From: a virus
Direction: 5' to 3' (one strand)
Length of the DNA stretch: 45,150 nt
Virus record (IMG/VR): IMGVR_UViG_3300000976_000009
Location: 1 to 45,150 of that record
The notes beneath the pieces were generated by a model. It did no database searches and was not told the origin of the DNA. It saw only the letters and a list, made by a program, of their open reading frames with translations. Shown in pieces: positions 8,989 to 18,092 of this stretch; the first letter of the stretch is position 1, and each line of letters opens with the position of its first letter. The translations under genes were made by a program, and so were the position numbers.

Positions 8989-10091
8989 TATTTTTGTGTA
9001 TTTTCTTCATGTGATTTTAACATAGCTTCAAATTCAGATTTTCTATTGGTAATAATGTTACCATAAACTTCTTCAATTTTAGCTACTTGGTTTTCCTCAG
9101 AATGATTACCTTTAGTATTCGCCATACCAGATAATAAATCCTCTGGAACTGAATCTTCTAACCATACTTTCATATAGGTTGCAATTAATTCTGGGATATT
9201 AAGGAAATTATTCGTCCAAACACCATTATTAGTGATTGTGATTTCACCTTCTTTTTCTGTTGGTGCCTCCATCCATTCTGGAACCAATGTTGGTATTTTA
9301 CCAATTACTGGTGTATCACATTCAATAGCTTCAAGTGGGAATGTACCATATCCAGCAACATCATCCACCCAAATAGCTAAACATGACTTACCTAACTCTT
9401 CTGCAAAAGTTTTTCTTGGTAACCCTCTAAGTTCTTTGAATGTGACCCATTTGTATGTTGGGTATTGTAAGTAAAATGATTTAACGATTTTAAGAGCATC
9501 AGATTGCTCTCTAGAAACAATTGTGATAACTGGCTCTTTCATTAATTTCGTTGGTTTGAAATATTTTGGAATTCCTACTGGAATAACGTGTGTGTTTAAG
9601 TTTGGGAACAAGTGTGAAAAATATGTCGCTTGTTTTTCGGATGTTGTGATTACATCAAAAAATCCGAAGTCACCCCATCTTTTACCGATTGGTAATAATT
9701 CTAAGGCGTAGTGATATGATTGTGAAAATACAATCTTCTTACATGGGAAACCTTTTACTTGGTCCATCACATTCGCAAATATTTCTGGAATCACAATAAA
9801 GTCAGTACCAGATACATTTAATTCTTGTGATTCGATAGATACGTGTGGTAAATTAGCATATTCTTCACCTAACCAATCTTTCACTCCGAAATAATCATTT
9901 TTCTCATGTAATATTGTGGCTTTATACCCTAAATTATTTAAAACCTTTACGTGTTCATATATATTAGCAATTCCCGCAGTTGGGTTACCTTTGGTATCTA
10001 AAGTAAAGAAATAAAAACCGAAGTCTTTATTATCTAATCTTTCGATAGCTCCCGTAATTTTTTCAATTTGTTGTTTTTCTTTGTCTTCCAT
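8988..10091 (-). CDS. GT-B glycosyltransferase (GT4-like)
   Basis: N-terminal TAGIANIYEHVKVL; C-terminal GYGTFPLEAIECDTPVIG (EX7E-like). Confidence 0.75.
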   Translation of the reverse strand: MEDKEKQQIEKITGAIERLDNKDFGFYFFTLDTKGNPTAGIANIYEHVKVLNNLGYKATILHEKNDYFGVKDWLGEEYANLPHVSIESQELNVSGTDFIVIPEIFANVMDQVKGFPCKKIVFSQSYHYALELLPIGKRWGDFGFFDVITTSEKQATYFSHLFPNLNTHVIPVGIPKYFKPTKLMKEPVITIVSREQSDALKIVKSFYLQYPTYKWVTFKELRGLPRKTFAEELGKSCLAIWVDDVAGYGTFPLEAIECDTPVIGKIPTLVPEWMEAPTEKEGEITITNNGVWTNNFLNIPELIATYMKVWLEDSVPEDLLSGMANTKGNHSEENQVAKIEEVYGNIITNRKSEFEAMLKSHEENTQK

Positions 10092-10113
10092 TTTTGAAAC
10101 TATTTTTAATTTT

Positions 10114-10476
10114 TTATTCTTCTTCTGTGGCTACTAACACACCATAATGTGTTAATGTATTGAATGCAATTTTCCAATTTAATGGTTGTGCACTAAAACC
10201 TCTTTCAATACCTAATGTGTCATCAATATCAACATCAGTATTCATTATAATTTGTAACATCATTCCCATGCAGTCATATCTTGCACCGTCAATTTCTTTA
10301 CTCTTTGGGTAAGTCTTAGTGGTTTTATCACTACTAACTTTTTTACCCTCTTCATCAAAATATTCTTTTATTTCAATATCCGTCACATCTTGTGCCTTTA
10401 AACTATCATCTGTGGCGATGAGTTTATCTAATGCCTCAAAATTGATGTGATAATTAATTCCTCCAACGTCAATCAT
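10114..10476 (-). CDS. Hypothetical protein
   Basis: 120-aa ORF within the operon. Confidence 0.7.
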   Translation of the reverse strand: MIDVGGINYHINFEALDKLIATDDSLKAQDVTDIEIKEYFDEEGKKVSSDKTTKTYPKSKEIDGARYDCMGMMLQIIMNTDVDIDDTLGIERGFSAQPLNWKIAFNTLTHYGVLVATEEE

Positions 10477-10477
10477 A

Positions 10478-11080
10478 TTAATCTATTTCTTCGTATTTTG
10501 TTATTTTAGTGTTTAGGATTTTTTCTCTAATCGATTCATCCATAAATTCCATGATATTATCAATCTCAAAATCAGCCTCAACATTTTTATTATATGATGC
10601 ATTTACCTTAACTGAAATCTTACCTTCTGGTTTAGATTCTAATGCTTTAGGATTTGCAGTAACTAGTACATCAATACCATCCCACTTACTTTCGTATTGT
10701 GAAACCCATTTATATTCTTTTGCTCGACAACCTAATTTAGATAAGAAAAATAAAGTAGCTGGAATACTTTTAATTGCCTCACGACTAACTAAAATTATTT
10801 CGTGTTCTTCATCGTCCTCAATCTCCATAAGGAATGCATTGAATAAACTCATAACGTTTTCATGTAATTGGTCAGCATGACCAAAGATTTCTAAAGAAGA
10901 CTCAGAATAAAGAAACTTATTTAATTCATCAACATTATCAAAAGGGAAATGTTTAATCAAATCAAAACTCGTTACCTCGTCTTCTTTAAGACCAGTTTCA
11001 GTAATGTACTTATCGTATGTATAAGCGAACTGACCGATAAAGTCTCTTAAGACTTCATTTAATGTAATACCAATTTTCAT
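10478..11080 (-). CDS. HAD-fold 5'(3')-deoxyribonucleotidase-like protein with degenerate active site
   Basis: MKIGITLNEVLRDF resembles NT5C motif I (IxxDxDxVLxD); ILVSRE; late YN motif; catalytic Asp residues absent. Confidence 0.55.
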   Translation of the reverse strand: MKIGITLNEVLRDFIGQFAYTYDKYITETGLKEDEVTSFDLIKHFPFDNVDELNKFLYSESSLEIFGHADQLHENVMSLFNAFLMEIEDDEEHEIILVSREAIKSIPATLFFLSKLGCRAKEYKWVSQYESKWDGIDVLVTANPKALESKPEGKISVKVNASYNKNVEADFEIDNIMEFMDESIREKILNTKITKYEEID

Positions 11081-11102
11081 AAAATATATTCTTTATAAAA
11101 CA

Positions 11103-11130
11103 AGAATATTAACAAATGGTGGAATGTAAA
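11103..11130 (-). promoter_or_regulatory. Promoter TTTACA-N16-TATTCT
   Basis: Recurring motif, upstream of the 11080 operon that includes the sigma gene. Confidence 0.65.
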
Positions 11131-11139
11131 CCTTAAAGC

Positions 11140-11169
11140 AAAAAAAAAACCACCCTAGGGTGGTTTTTT
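11140..11169. terminator. Intrinsic terminator
   Basis: AAAAAACCACC-CTAG-GGTGGTTTTTT after phoH. Confidence 0.85.
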
Positions 11170-11185
11170 CTTATTTCTAATATAT

Positions 11186-11992
11186 TTACCATTTGAAATT
11201 TTTCCTAATCCATGCTCTAAATCTAGAGTATTTATTGGTTCCTTTTTTTTCATAGGTTTTTGGTTTCTTAACCTTTTTTGGTTCTTCTGAAACTTCAACC
11301 TTATAGTTAGATAGGATTTTACAAATTAATGGGTTTCTTACAATGTCTTTTATTTCGAATTGAATAAACCCAATTTCTTCAACATTTTTATGTCTATGTA
11401 ATACATCATACAATCCAGATTGGTTGACATACTTAAATCTATCTGATTGGTCAAGGTCACCAGATATAATAAACTTAGAGTTTTCACCAATTCTAGTTAG
11501 TAATGTTTTCAACTCAAATGGTGATGTGTTTTGTGCCTCTTCCATTAATAAAATTGTATTATCAATTGATGCACCCCTAACATATGTTAATGGTGCCAAT
11601 ATTAATATTTCCGCCTCTTCTAATTCAAGTCGTTTCTTTTTACCAATGATTTTATCAAAAATACTAATAACTGGTCCCATTTCTGGTTCCATCTTTTCAC
11701 GCAAAGTACCTGGTATAAATCCACGGTCTTTACCAACACCTTCTCCAGAACTAGTGATTATGATTTTATTATAACTATTTGTTTTGTTTTGTAGTAGTTC
11801 GATAGCCCTAGCTACTGCTACATAAGATTTACCAACTCCAGCTGGTCCAGCTGCCACAACTATTTCTTTGTTGGTGATAAGATTAGCAAAATCTTTCTGA
11901 ACGTGATTTTTGCACTTCAACCTATATCTTGTTGGGAGAATGAGGTTTATTGTATCATTTACGCTCTTTTTAACTTCTTGCTTTCTAGCCAT
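11186..11992 (-). CDS. phoH: PhoH family ATPase
   Basis: GPAGVGKS Walker A; GFIPGTLREKM; YVRG; EEAQN; LTRIGENSK; GDLDQSD; DIVRNPL. Confidence 0.93.
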   Translation of the reverse strand: MARKQEVKKSVNDTINLILPTRYRLKCKNHVQKDFANLITNKEIVVAAGPAGVGKSYVAVARAIELLQNKTNSYNKIIITSSGEGVGKDRGFIPGTLREKMEPEMGPVISIFDKIIGKKKRLELEEAEILILAPLTYVRGASIDNTILLMEEAQNTSPFELKTLLTRIGENSKFIISGDLDQSDRFKYVNQSGLYDVLHRHKNVEEIGFIQFEIKDIVRNPLICKILSNYKVEVSEEPKKVKKPKTYEKKGTNKYSRFRAWIRKNFKW

Positions 11993-12004
11993 ATATTGTT
12001 TTAG

Positions 12005-12014
12005 TTATAAATAT
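12005..12014 (-). promoter_or_regulatory. Putative late promoter ATATTTATAA
   Basis: 12 nt upstream of the phoH ATG. Confidence 0.6.
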
Positions 12015-12015
12015 C

Positions 12016-12384
12016 TTACCTTAGTGGTAAACCACCAGTAAGTTTATTAATTTGTGACTCTTTGTTTGGACCCAAAGCCACTACTGTCCTAGTGGGTCCC
12101 TTAAATTCAGTGTGTCCAGCATCCGTAATTAAGTGAGCCTCAAGACCCTTGTTTTTCGCATCTTGAAATATCTCCAATAATTCCTTCTCAGAATTAACTG
12201 AAACACAAATCTTTGTTTGTCCAGTTTGATACCATTCAATCGCTTCTTTTGTTGGTTTACCACCGTTAAGGTATGTCTTAACCATAAATGCTTGTGAGGC
12301 GTGTGAACACTGTGCATTTTCCTTACCACGTCTCATTTTCAAATCTTTTCGTACAACTAGTACTTGTTTCATCCTATCACTCAT
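12016..12384 (-). CDS. pth2: Peptidyl-tRNA hydrolase, Pth2 family
   Basis: KQVLVVRKDLKMRRGKENAQCSHA; GQTKI; ITDAGHTEF; TVVALGP. Confidence 0.93.
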   Translation of the reverse strand: MSDRMKQVLVVRKDLKMRRGKENAQCSHASQAFMVKTYLNGGKPTKEAIEWYQTGQTKICVSVNSEKELLEIFQDAKNKGLEAHLITDAGHTEFKGPTRTVVALGPNKESQINKLTGGLPLR

Positions 12385-12481
12385 CTTTTATTACGTATTT
12401 TTCATAATATTTAAAACCCTTATCATAGTCAAAAAATAGGTGTATGATTGCTGAAATTAATCTATGCAAGTTTTTAATCAT
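12377..12481 (-). CDS. Small hypothetical protein (34 aa)
   Basis: MIKNLHRLISAIIHLFFDYDKGFKYYEKYVIKDE fills the gap exactly, with 8-nt overlaps at both ends. Confidence 0.45.
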   Translation of the reverse strand: MIKNLHRLISAIIHLFFDYDKGFKYYEKYVIKDE

Positions 12482-12689
12482 TATCAATTTCTTTAATATT
12501 GTATTCTTCTTTGTATTTTTCAATAAAAGATTCACCCCAACCAATCTCAATAAGTTCATACTCATGAGGAATTGGTGGCTTCCTTTTCTTCGTGTCAATA
12601 ATATCTTCTAGGTTCATGTATAAAACTTTTAGAAAGTGTTTCCTACCTCTAGGTCTTTTATACACAACTACAAATGGTTGTTTTCCCAT
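12474..12689 (-). CDS. Hypothetical protein
   Basis: 71 aa, TAATG-coupled to the upstream gene. Confidence 0.7.
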   Translation of the reverse strand: MGKQPFVVVYKRPRGRKHFLKVLYMNLEDIIDTKKRKPPIPHEYELIEIGWGESFIEKYKEEYNIKEIDND

Positions 12690-13651
12690 TATTTTGCTTC
12701 CTTATTCTTGTAACGTTCATCCAATTCTAATTCACGAAACTTATCAATGATATTTTCACCATTGGTTGTTACATTAGCTTTGAATTTAATTACGTAATGA
12801 CCATCATATTTGATAATCTTATGTATCCCAGTAATTTCATATTCATATAATTCATAATCACTAGCACCCATTGTATTTGCAGTAACATAGTTAACACTTT
12901 GTATATCTAATGAGTCACAGGCTCTTGGGTTATTCATAGCTCTTTTCAATTCACTTAAAAAGAATCTAGATTTTCGATTATATTCATCTGGGTAAATGGA
13001 AACATAAAACTCCAAAAGTCTTTCATCACCATTAATCTCCCTCACAACCATTTTTTTGGTGTAATTTTCAATATCAAATTTAACCCTAATTTCCCTAACA
13101 ACCTTAATTGGTCTATCGGATTTATTACTTGATTCGTGGGTGTTTCTAGATATTTCACCAATAGTGGCTTGACCCTCATCTTTACCAGTAATTTCATTTT
13201 TTTTGATTTCGATTGTTTCAGATATTTCTTCTGGACTTAGTTCTTCAACATTATCTAAGAATGCACCCATAGATACCTCAGAATTATCCACAACCATTAT
13301 TGGTTTGTATATGTCTTCTGAATCGACTTTAATATTTTTAAGGTGTCTTTTTTTCGACTTTTCTTTGATTTCAACAATTGGCATACCATGTTCATCATAT
13401 CCAGTGATTGTTGCGGTAACACCATCTGTAGCTTTCATTACCTTATACATTCTCCACCTAAGTTCTTTAACCTCTTGGGTGATTTCCCCTCTTTGTAAAG
13501 CATCCGATAAACGACCTTGATTGATTCTTTGGTATGAACCAATACCACCCTCAACACCTTGTCCAGATTGTGATAGTGTATCTCCTTCAACCTTAGCCAT
13601 AGCTAAGGCTACAGTAGCTATTTTATTTTTTACCCATTTTACTATACCCAT
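12689..13651 (-). CDS. Hypothetical protein
   Basis: 320-aa ORF following a promoter-like element. Confidence 0.8.
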   Translation of the reverse strand: MGIVKWVKNKIATVALAMAKVEGDTLSQSGQGVEGGIGSYQRINQGRLSDALQRGEITQEVKELRWRMYKVMKATDGVTATITGYDEHGMPIVEIKEKSKKRHLKNIKVDSEDIYKPIMVVDNSEVSMGAFLDNVEELSPEEISETIEIKKNEITGKDEGQATIGEISRNTHESSNKSDRPIKVVREIRVKFDIENYTKKMVVREINGDERLLEFYVSIYPDEYNRKSRFFLSELKRAMNNPRACDSLDIQSVNYVTANTMGASDYELYEYEITGIHKIIKYDGHYVIKFKANVTTNGENIIDKFRELELDERYKNKEAK

Positions 13652-13657
13652 ACTACC

Positions 13658-13686
13658 AATATATGAAATAATTTAATAATAGGCAA
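13658..13686 (-). promoter_or_regulatory. Putative promoter TTGCCT-N17-TATATT
   Basis: Sigma70-like spacing; ends 6 nt before ATG 13651, suggesting a leaderless mRNA. Confidence 0.45.
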
Positions 13687-13738
13687 GGTTATCGCTTCTT
13701 TATTTGAATACTACTTGATGAATCATTTACAATGTTAA

Positions 13739-14680
13739 TTATCTTATCGGTCTCTGTCTCCCGTTTGTAAATGTCTTTTTTTTTTTAAGGTGTTGTACTT
13801 CACTAATGAATTTTTTCTTTGATTCAGTTGTATTACCCTTAACCTCAATATGTTTTGGTTCCCTATTTTTTGCATCCGAAGCAGCCTTAGCTAGTGTTAA
13901 TTTTCTTTGCGCTAACAATTTAGCTTCTTTTTCCCTTCTTTTTTTCTCTTTAAGGTTTTTTGGTGGTGGTAGTACTTGTGGTCTGTATATATCCCATTCT
14001 TTATTATCATCAATGTAATTGGTGATAAATACTGGTGATTTTTTTCTATCTTCTGGATGCATTGTGGAATCAGTGTGACCTAGATGGTCAACAAATGAAT
14101 ACTTTGGGTAATAAACTGGTGCCATTATTGTATCCATTCTTCTTGTGAAATCTCTCCAAACACCAGATGATGGTACAACCTTTGTTTGTTGACCAACTAA
14201 TGGTTTATCAAGCTTACTTAACATCTCGTGATTGATGGCAAATGCACCATCTACCCAATATCGATATCCCCAATTAGTGTAGATTCTATCTTGAAATAAA
14301 AAGAAATTGATAATTTTATGTCCTTTATCAAATAAATCTGAAATATATGGTATAAAATTTTTAGATAAAGCCAAATCATCTGCTAAAAATACATAATGTT
14401 TTGCTTGATTATTTTTAGATTCTTCAAATAACTTATTAATGGTTGTTACGAATCCTAGCTTACCCAAATTAGTAGGGTTAGATTTATAGATAACATTTGG
14501 GTATTCGATACCCAAATTATTATATCTATAATCTTTTGAACAGTCGTCCATGACTGCAATTTTATATTCCATACCCTCACATTGTTCATTAATTTGGTTA
14601 ATTAAATCAACTAACATGTCATATCTTTCATATGTTGGTATCAAAAATAAATAATCTAATATATTAGTATTGTGTTCCAC
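13739..14680 (-). CDS. Glycosyltransferase family 2 with basic C-terminal tail
   Basis: LIPTYER; MDDCSKD; NPTNLGKLG; VFLADD; Lys-rich last ~75 aa. Confidence 0.8.
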   Translation of the reverse strand: MEHNTNILDYLFLIPTYERYDMLVDLINQINEQCEGMEYKIAVMDDCSKDYRYNNLGIEYPNVIYKSNPTNLGKLGFVTTINKLFEESKNNQAKHYVFLADDLALSKNFIPYISDLFDKGHKIINFFLFQDRIYTNWGYRYWVDGAFAINHEMLSKLDKPLVGQQTKVVPSSGVWRDFTRRMDTIMAPVYYPKYSFVDHLGHTDSTMHPEDRKKSPVFITNYIDDNKEWDIYRPQVLPPPKNLKEKKRREKEAKLLAQRKLTLAKAASDAKNREPKHIEVKGNTTESKKKFISEVQHLKKKKTFTNGRQRPIR

Positions 14681-15665
14681 TTACTTTATAAATATTATCA
14701 ATTAGTTCAATAACGTTAATACTTTCAGTAAGTTTAAATTTTTCTAAGTTAGCATACAACGTTGGATGATTAGGGCATGAGCCTAAATATGAGCCATATG
14801 AGTTAGGTTCTGTAGTAAATGGGTTATCTTTAAGCAGTTTATCAAACTTTTTTTGTGCACCATTACTTAAAAATGTTCCACTCTCAATAATATTTAAAGC
14901 CTTACCACCAACTTTAATGTAACCATTTGAACCAAGTAATGTGATTGAAGCTTCAATGTTTTTTGGTTCAGCAGCAATCGTACACTCAACTGTACCACCA
15001 AAATCACCATAATCTAAAATAGAATAAACAGTATCTTCGATTACAGCATCAGTATGTTTTGTGGTATAGCATTTGGTCGATAAAACTTCTTTAGGTGGTC
15101 CAACTAAAAGTTGTAAAATATCTAAATAATGGATACCAACTTCATAAAGTATTCCACCCCCAATATTTGGTTCACCTCTCCAACCAGAAAAATATTCTAA
15201 AGGTCTTTGCCATCTTTGTGTAAAACTAAAACCTCTAAGATTACCTAATAATCCTTCATTAAGTATTTCTTGAACAATTTTAACTGTCTTGTTTAGTCTA
15301 ACTTGTAATACACAATAAGCTTCTTTATTATTTTTATCTGCGTGTTTTTGGATTTCCATTAACGTTTCTTTATTAAAAGAAACTGGTTTTTCAATTAATA
15401 CATCACAACCACTCTGTAATGCCATCATAGCGTGTTCTTTATGTAAATCGTTTGGCGTTGCTACAACTACGAAATCAATATCATCTCTTAATACCATTTC
15501 TAAATAATTTGTATAATAATCAACTGATAACCTTTCACCGATACTTTTAGCTAATCCCTCATTTATGTCACACACTGCTTTAAGTGTGAACCCCTCATTT
15601 CCTTCAATACCTTCTAGATGTCTTTGGAAGATTGCACCGCAACCTATAATACCTACATTCCTCAT
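14664..15665 (-). CDS. Gfo/Idh/MocA oxidoreductase, WbpB/WlbA-like UDP-sugar 3-dehydrogenase
   Basis: GIIGCGAI; VATPNDLH; IEKP; VLQVRLN; WQRPLEYFSGWRG; GIHYLD; SYGSYLGSCPNH. Confidence 0.85.
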   Translation of the reverse strand: MRNVGIIGCGAIFQRHLEGIEGNEGFTLKAVCDINEGLAKSIGERLSVDYYTNYLEMVLRDDIDFVVVATPNDLHKEHAMMALQSGCDVLIEKPVSFNKETLMEIQKHADKNNKEAYCVLQVRLNKTVKIVQEILNEGLLGNLRGFSFTQRWQRPLEYFSGWRGEPNIGGGILYEVGIHYLDILQLLVGPPKEVLSTKCYTTKHTDAVIEDTVYSILDYGDFGGTVECTIAAEPKNIEASITLLGSNGYIKVGGKALNIIESGTFLSNGAQKKFDKLLKDNPFTTEPNSYGSYLGSCPNHPTLYANLEKFKLTESINVIELIDNIYKVSGTQY

Positions 15666-15667
15666 TT

Positions 15668-16237
15668 TTATTTTTGTTTATATACAAAACCCAATTGTTT
15701 ATCTATTGCTCTTGGGTTCCATTCTAATAATTCTAAATTATTATTTTCTATTATTCTTTTATAATCTCTAGTAAAACAATGGCTATTTTGTATAGTTTCA
15801 CCACTATCAAACCATGTGTTTACAATAACCTTATTACTAATCCTAGCTAGTTCATTCATAACATCAATAATTTCATCTTCTGGAACATGAAGCAATACTT
15901 CTGAACATACTAATACATCAAATTGGTTATCATCAAACTCAGTTTTAATTTTACCAGTTTTATCGATAATATAATTGTCAATAATTATATCATTTTCTTC
16001 ACATAATTGAATTAATTGGTTTTTATATTTAGAACTAATATCGTAAAAATTAACATTTTCGAAATTTCTATAAAAGCCAATTAATCTACCAACACCAGGT
16101 CCATAATCTAACATTGTTTTATCTTCAACATTAATTTGTTCAACCATCCAATTAATTTGAGTACCAGTAATTGACCTACTATATGAGTTGTTTGGGTCAA
16201 CCCTACCGTTCCAATATTTTATTTTATTATATGACAT
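15668..16237 (-). CDS. Class I SAM-dependent methyltransferase
   Basis: LDYGPGVGR; YDIS; FDVLVCSEVLLHVP; ELARIS. Confidence 0.85.
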   Translation of the reverse strand: MSYNKIKYWNGRVDPNNSYSRSITGTQINWMVEQINVEDKTMLDYGPGVGRLIGFYRNFENVNFYDISSKYKNQLIQLCEENDIIIDNYIIDKTGKIKTEFDDNQFDVLVCSEVLLHVPEDEIIDVMNELARISNKVIVNTWFDSGETIQNSHCFTRDYKRIIENNNLELLEWNPRAIDKQLGFVYKQK

Positions 16238-16250
16238 ATTAATAAATATA

Positions 16251-16733
16251 TCATCGAATGCCTTTAATCACAAATGGGTTACCAAATCCTATTGAACCAT
16301 CTGGTATATCTTTAGTTACTACTGAACCAGCACCAACTAAACAATTTTTACCAATTGTGTTTCCACATACAATTACTGAATTTGCACCAATACAAGCACC
16401 GTCCTCAAATATTGTTTTCCTAAATCTATCTGGGGATTCTTTCCACATACCATCCATCATTGGTTTAAAATCATTTGTAGTAACAGTATTAGGACCAAAA
16501 AACACGTTATTATGTAGAATAACACCTTCATAAACTAGTGAATGATTCTGTATTTTACAATTATCACCTATTACCACATTAGGTCCAATATGAACACCTT
16601 CCCCAATAACGCAATTTTTTCCTATTTTCGCACCGTTTGATACGTGAGAGAAAGCCCAAATCTTAGTCCCTTCACCTATTTCAACATTATCATCAATTAA
16701 TGCTGTTTCATGTTTAAAGTAATTTTCCATCAT
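16251..16733 (-). CDS. WbpD/WlbB-like hexapeptide-repeat N-acetyltransferase
   Basis: HETALIDDNVEIGEGTKIWAFSHV; CKIQN; FFGPNTVTTND; GAGSVVTKD; GNP. Confidence 0.85.
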   Translation of the reverse strand: MMENYFKHETALIDDNVEIGEGTKIWAFSHVSNGAKIGKNCVIGEGVHIGPNVVIGDNCKIQNHSLVYEGVILHNNVFFGPNTVTTNDFKPMMDGMWKESPDRFRKTIFEDGACIGANSVIVCGNTIGKNCLVGAGSVVTKDIPDGSIGFGNPFVIKGIR

Positions 16734-17610
16734 TGTTACTCATTTTTGCTGGGCAACCTAAAAAAGTTTTACCAGTCTCTTTGTAATTTTTGTTTAGGAA
16801 ACTATTTGCGCCAACTGTTGTACCATTTGGGACTTTGATTCCTTCTTTAATTGTTGATTGAACCCCCATTGTTACATCATCACCCAAAACTGATGAACCA
16901 CATAATGTACATTTAACTGTTAATAAACAGTTCTTACCAACAACCACATTATGTCCAATATTTGTATATGAACCAATCTTACAACCATCACCGATAATTG
17001 TATTATCTAAGGCTGCACGTTTAATATCACAGTGAGTACCAATTTCAACATTGTTACCAATTATAACACCACCAATTTGTGGGAACCTAAATAATTCACC
17101 ATCTGGTAGTTTTTCAAACCCCAAACCACTAGTACCAATTACAGTATTTTCACAAATCACAACATTGTCACCAATGGTGACATTTGAATGGATTATAACA
17201 TTATTTTTTAGGGTGACGTTTTTACCTAAAGTGACATTCTCTCCAATGTGAACATTACTACCAATTTTACTTGACCATTTATTTTCAAATCGTTCTAAAT
17301 GTTCGTTGGTTAGGTGTGAATACTTATCGGTAAGAATTGTAGCAAATATTAGTCTAGGTGACTTATCTGTCACAATATAATATATGGAACTATTGTAATT
17401 TTCATTTGTTTTTAGTTCATTATAAACATCTTTACCTATGACAACAACCCCTTCTGTAATTTTAAGACAATTTTTAACTGAATTAACCCAATATAGTTTA
17501 TATGATTTAAAGTCTTTTAAACTACTTGGGAATAGCTGAACTGTTTCATCGATAATCCCATTACCAATATGGTCACCATATTCCTTTAAATGTGTTATAT
17601 TAACCTTCAT
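16714..17610 (-). CDS. LpxD-like left-handed beta-helix acyltransferase
   Basis: SPRLIFA; GLGF...FPQIGGVIIGNNVEIG; RAALDNTIIG; IGHNV (His at the LpxD catalytic position); GCPAK. Confidence 0.75.
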   Translation of the reverse strand: MKVNITHLKEYGDHIGNGIIDETVQLFPSSLKDFKSYKLYWVNSVKNCLKITEGVVVIGKDVYNELKTNENYNSSIYYIVTDKSPRLIFATILTDKYSHLTNEHLERFENKWSSKIGSNVHIGENVTLGKNVTLKNNVIIHSNVTIGDNVVICENTVIGTSGLGFEKLPDGELFRFPQIGGVIIGNNVEIGTHCDIKRAALDNTIIGDGCKIGSYTNIGHNVVVGKNCLLTVKCTLCGSSVLGDDVTMGVQSTIKEGIKVPNGTTVGANSFLNKNYKETGKTFLGCPAKMSNNDGKLL

Positions 17611-18091
17611 TTTTCTTGTAAAATTTAGCTGGACTACCTAACCAAATTTCATTACTTGGGATATCCTTTGAAACAAATGACATCGCACCAGTAACTACAT
17701 TATCACCAATAGTTATTCCGTGTTGTAATACTGTGTTAGTCCCAATAAAGCAGTTCTTACCTACAGTAGCCCCACCAATTTTTCCTTTACCACTATCTAA
17801 GTTGTTTGTCATGACTCTAGGGCAGATATAACTACCATCACCAATATTACAACCCCTAGCAATGATTGTATCGTAACGTAGAGTTACCCCATCACCAATC
17901 ACACACTCACCAGAAGATGTTACTCTAGAATCCAAATAACAGTCTTTACCAACCTTAGTATTCTTTCTTAACTCAACATAATTCTTTATAACTGTGTTAT
18001 CACCGATAACCACACCTTCGTCAATAATAACAAATTTACCAATAGTAACATTTTTACCAATAGTGGCTTTTTCTGAAATAAAATTTCCCAT
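17600..18091 (-). CDS. Hexapeptide-repeat acyltransferase
   Basis: IGKNVTIGKFVII repeats; ICPRVMTNN; GAMSFVSKD; GSPAK. Confidence 0.85.
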   Translation of the reverse strand: MGNFISEKATIGKNVTIGKFVIIDEGVVIGDNTVIKNYVELRKNTKVGKDCYLDSRVTSSGECVIGDGVTLRYDTIIARGCNIGDGSYICPRVMTNNLDSGKGKIGGATVGKNCFIGTNTVLQHGITIGDNVVTGAMSFVSKDIPSNEIWLGSPAKFYKKNEG

Positions 18092-18092
18092 A

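Noticed and set aside
12482-12598. Upstream part of the 73-aa ORF 12377..12598
   Set aside because: Overlaps 12474..12689 out of frame; only the part from ATG 12481 is plausible
16240-16249. ATATTTATTA upstream of the methyltransferase at 16237
   Set aside because: Only 2 nt from the ATG, outside the 12-16 nt spacing of the other copies; may be chance
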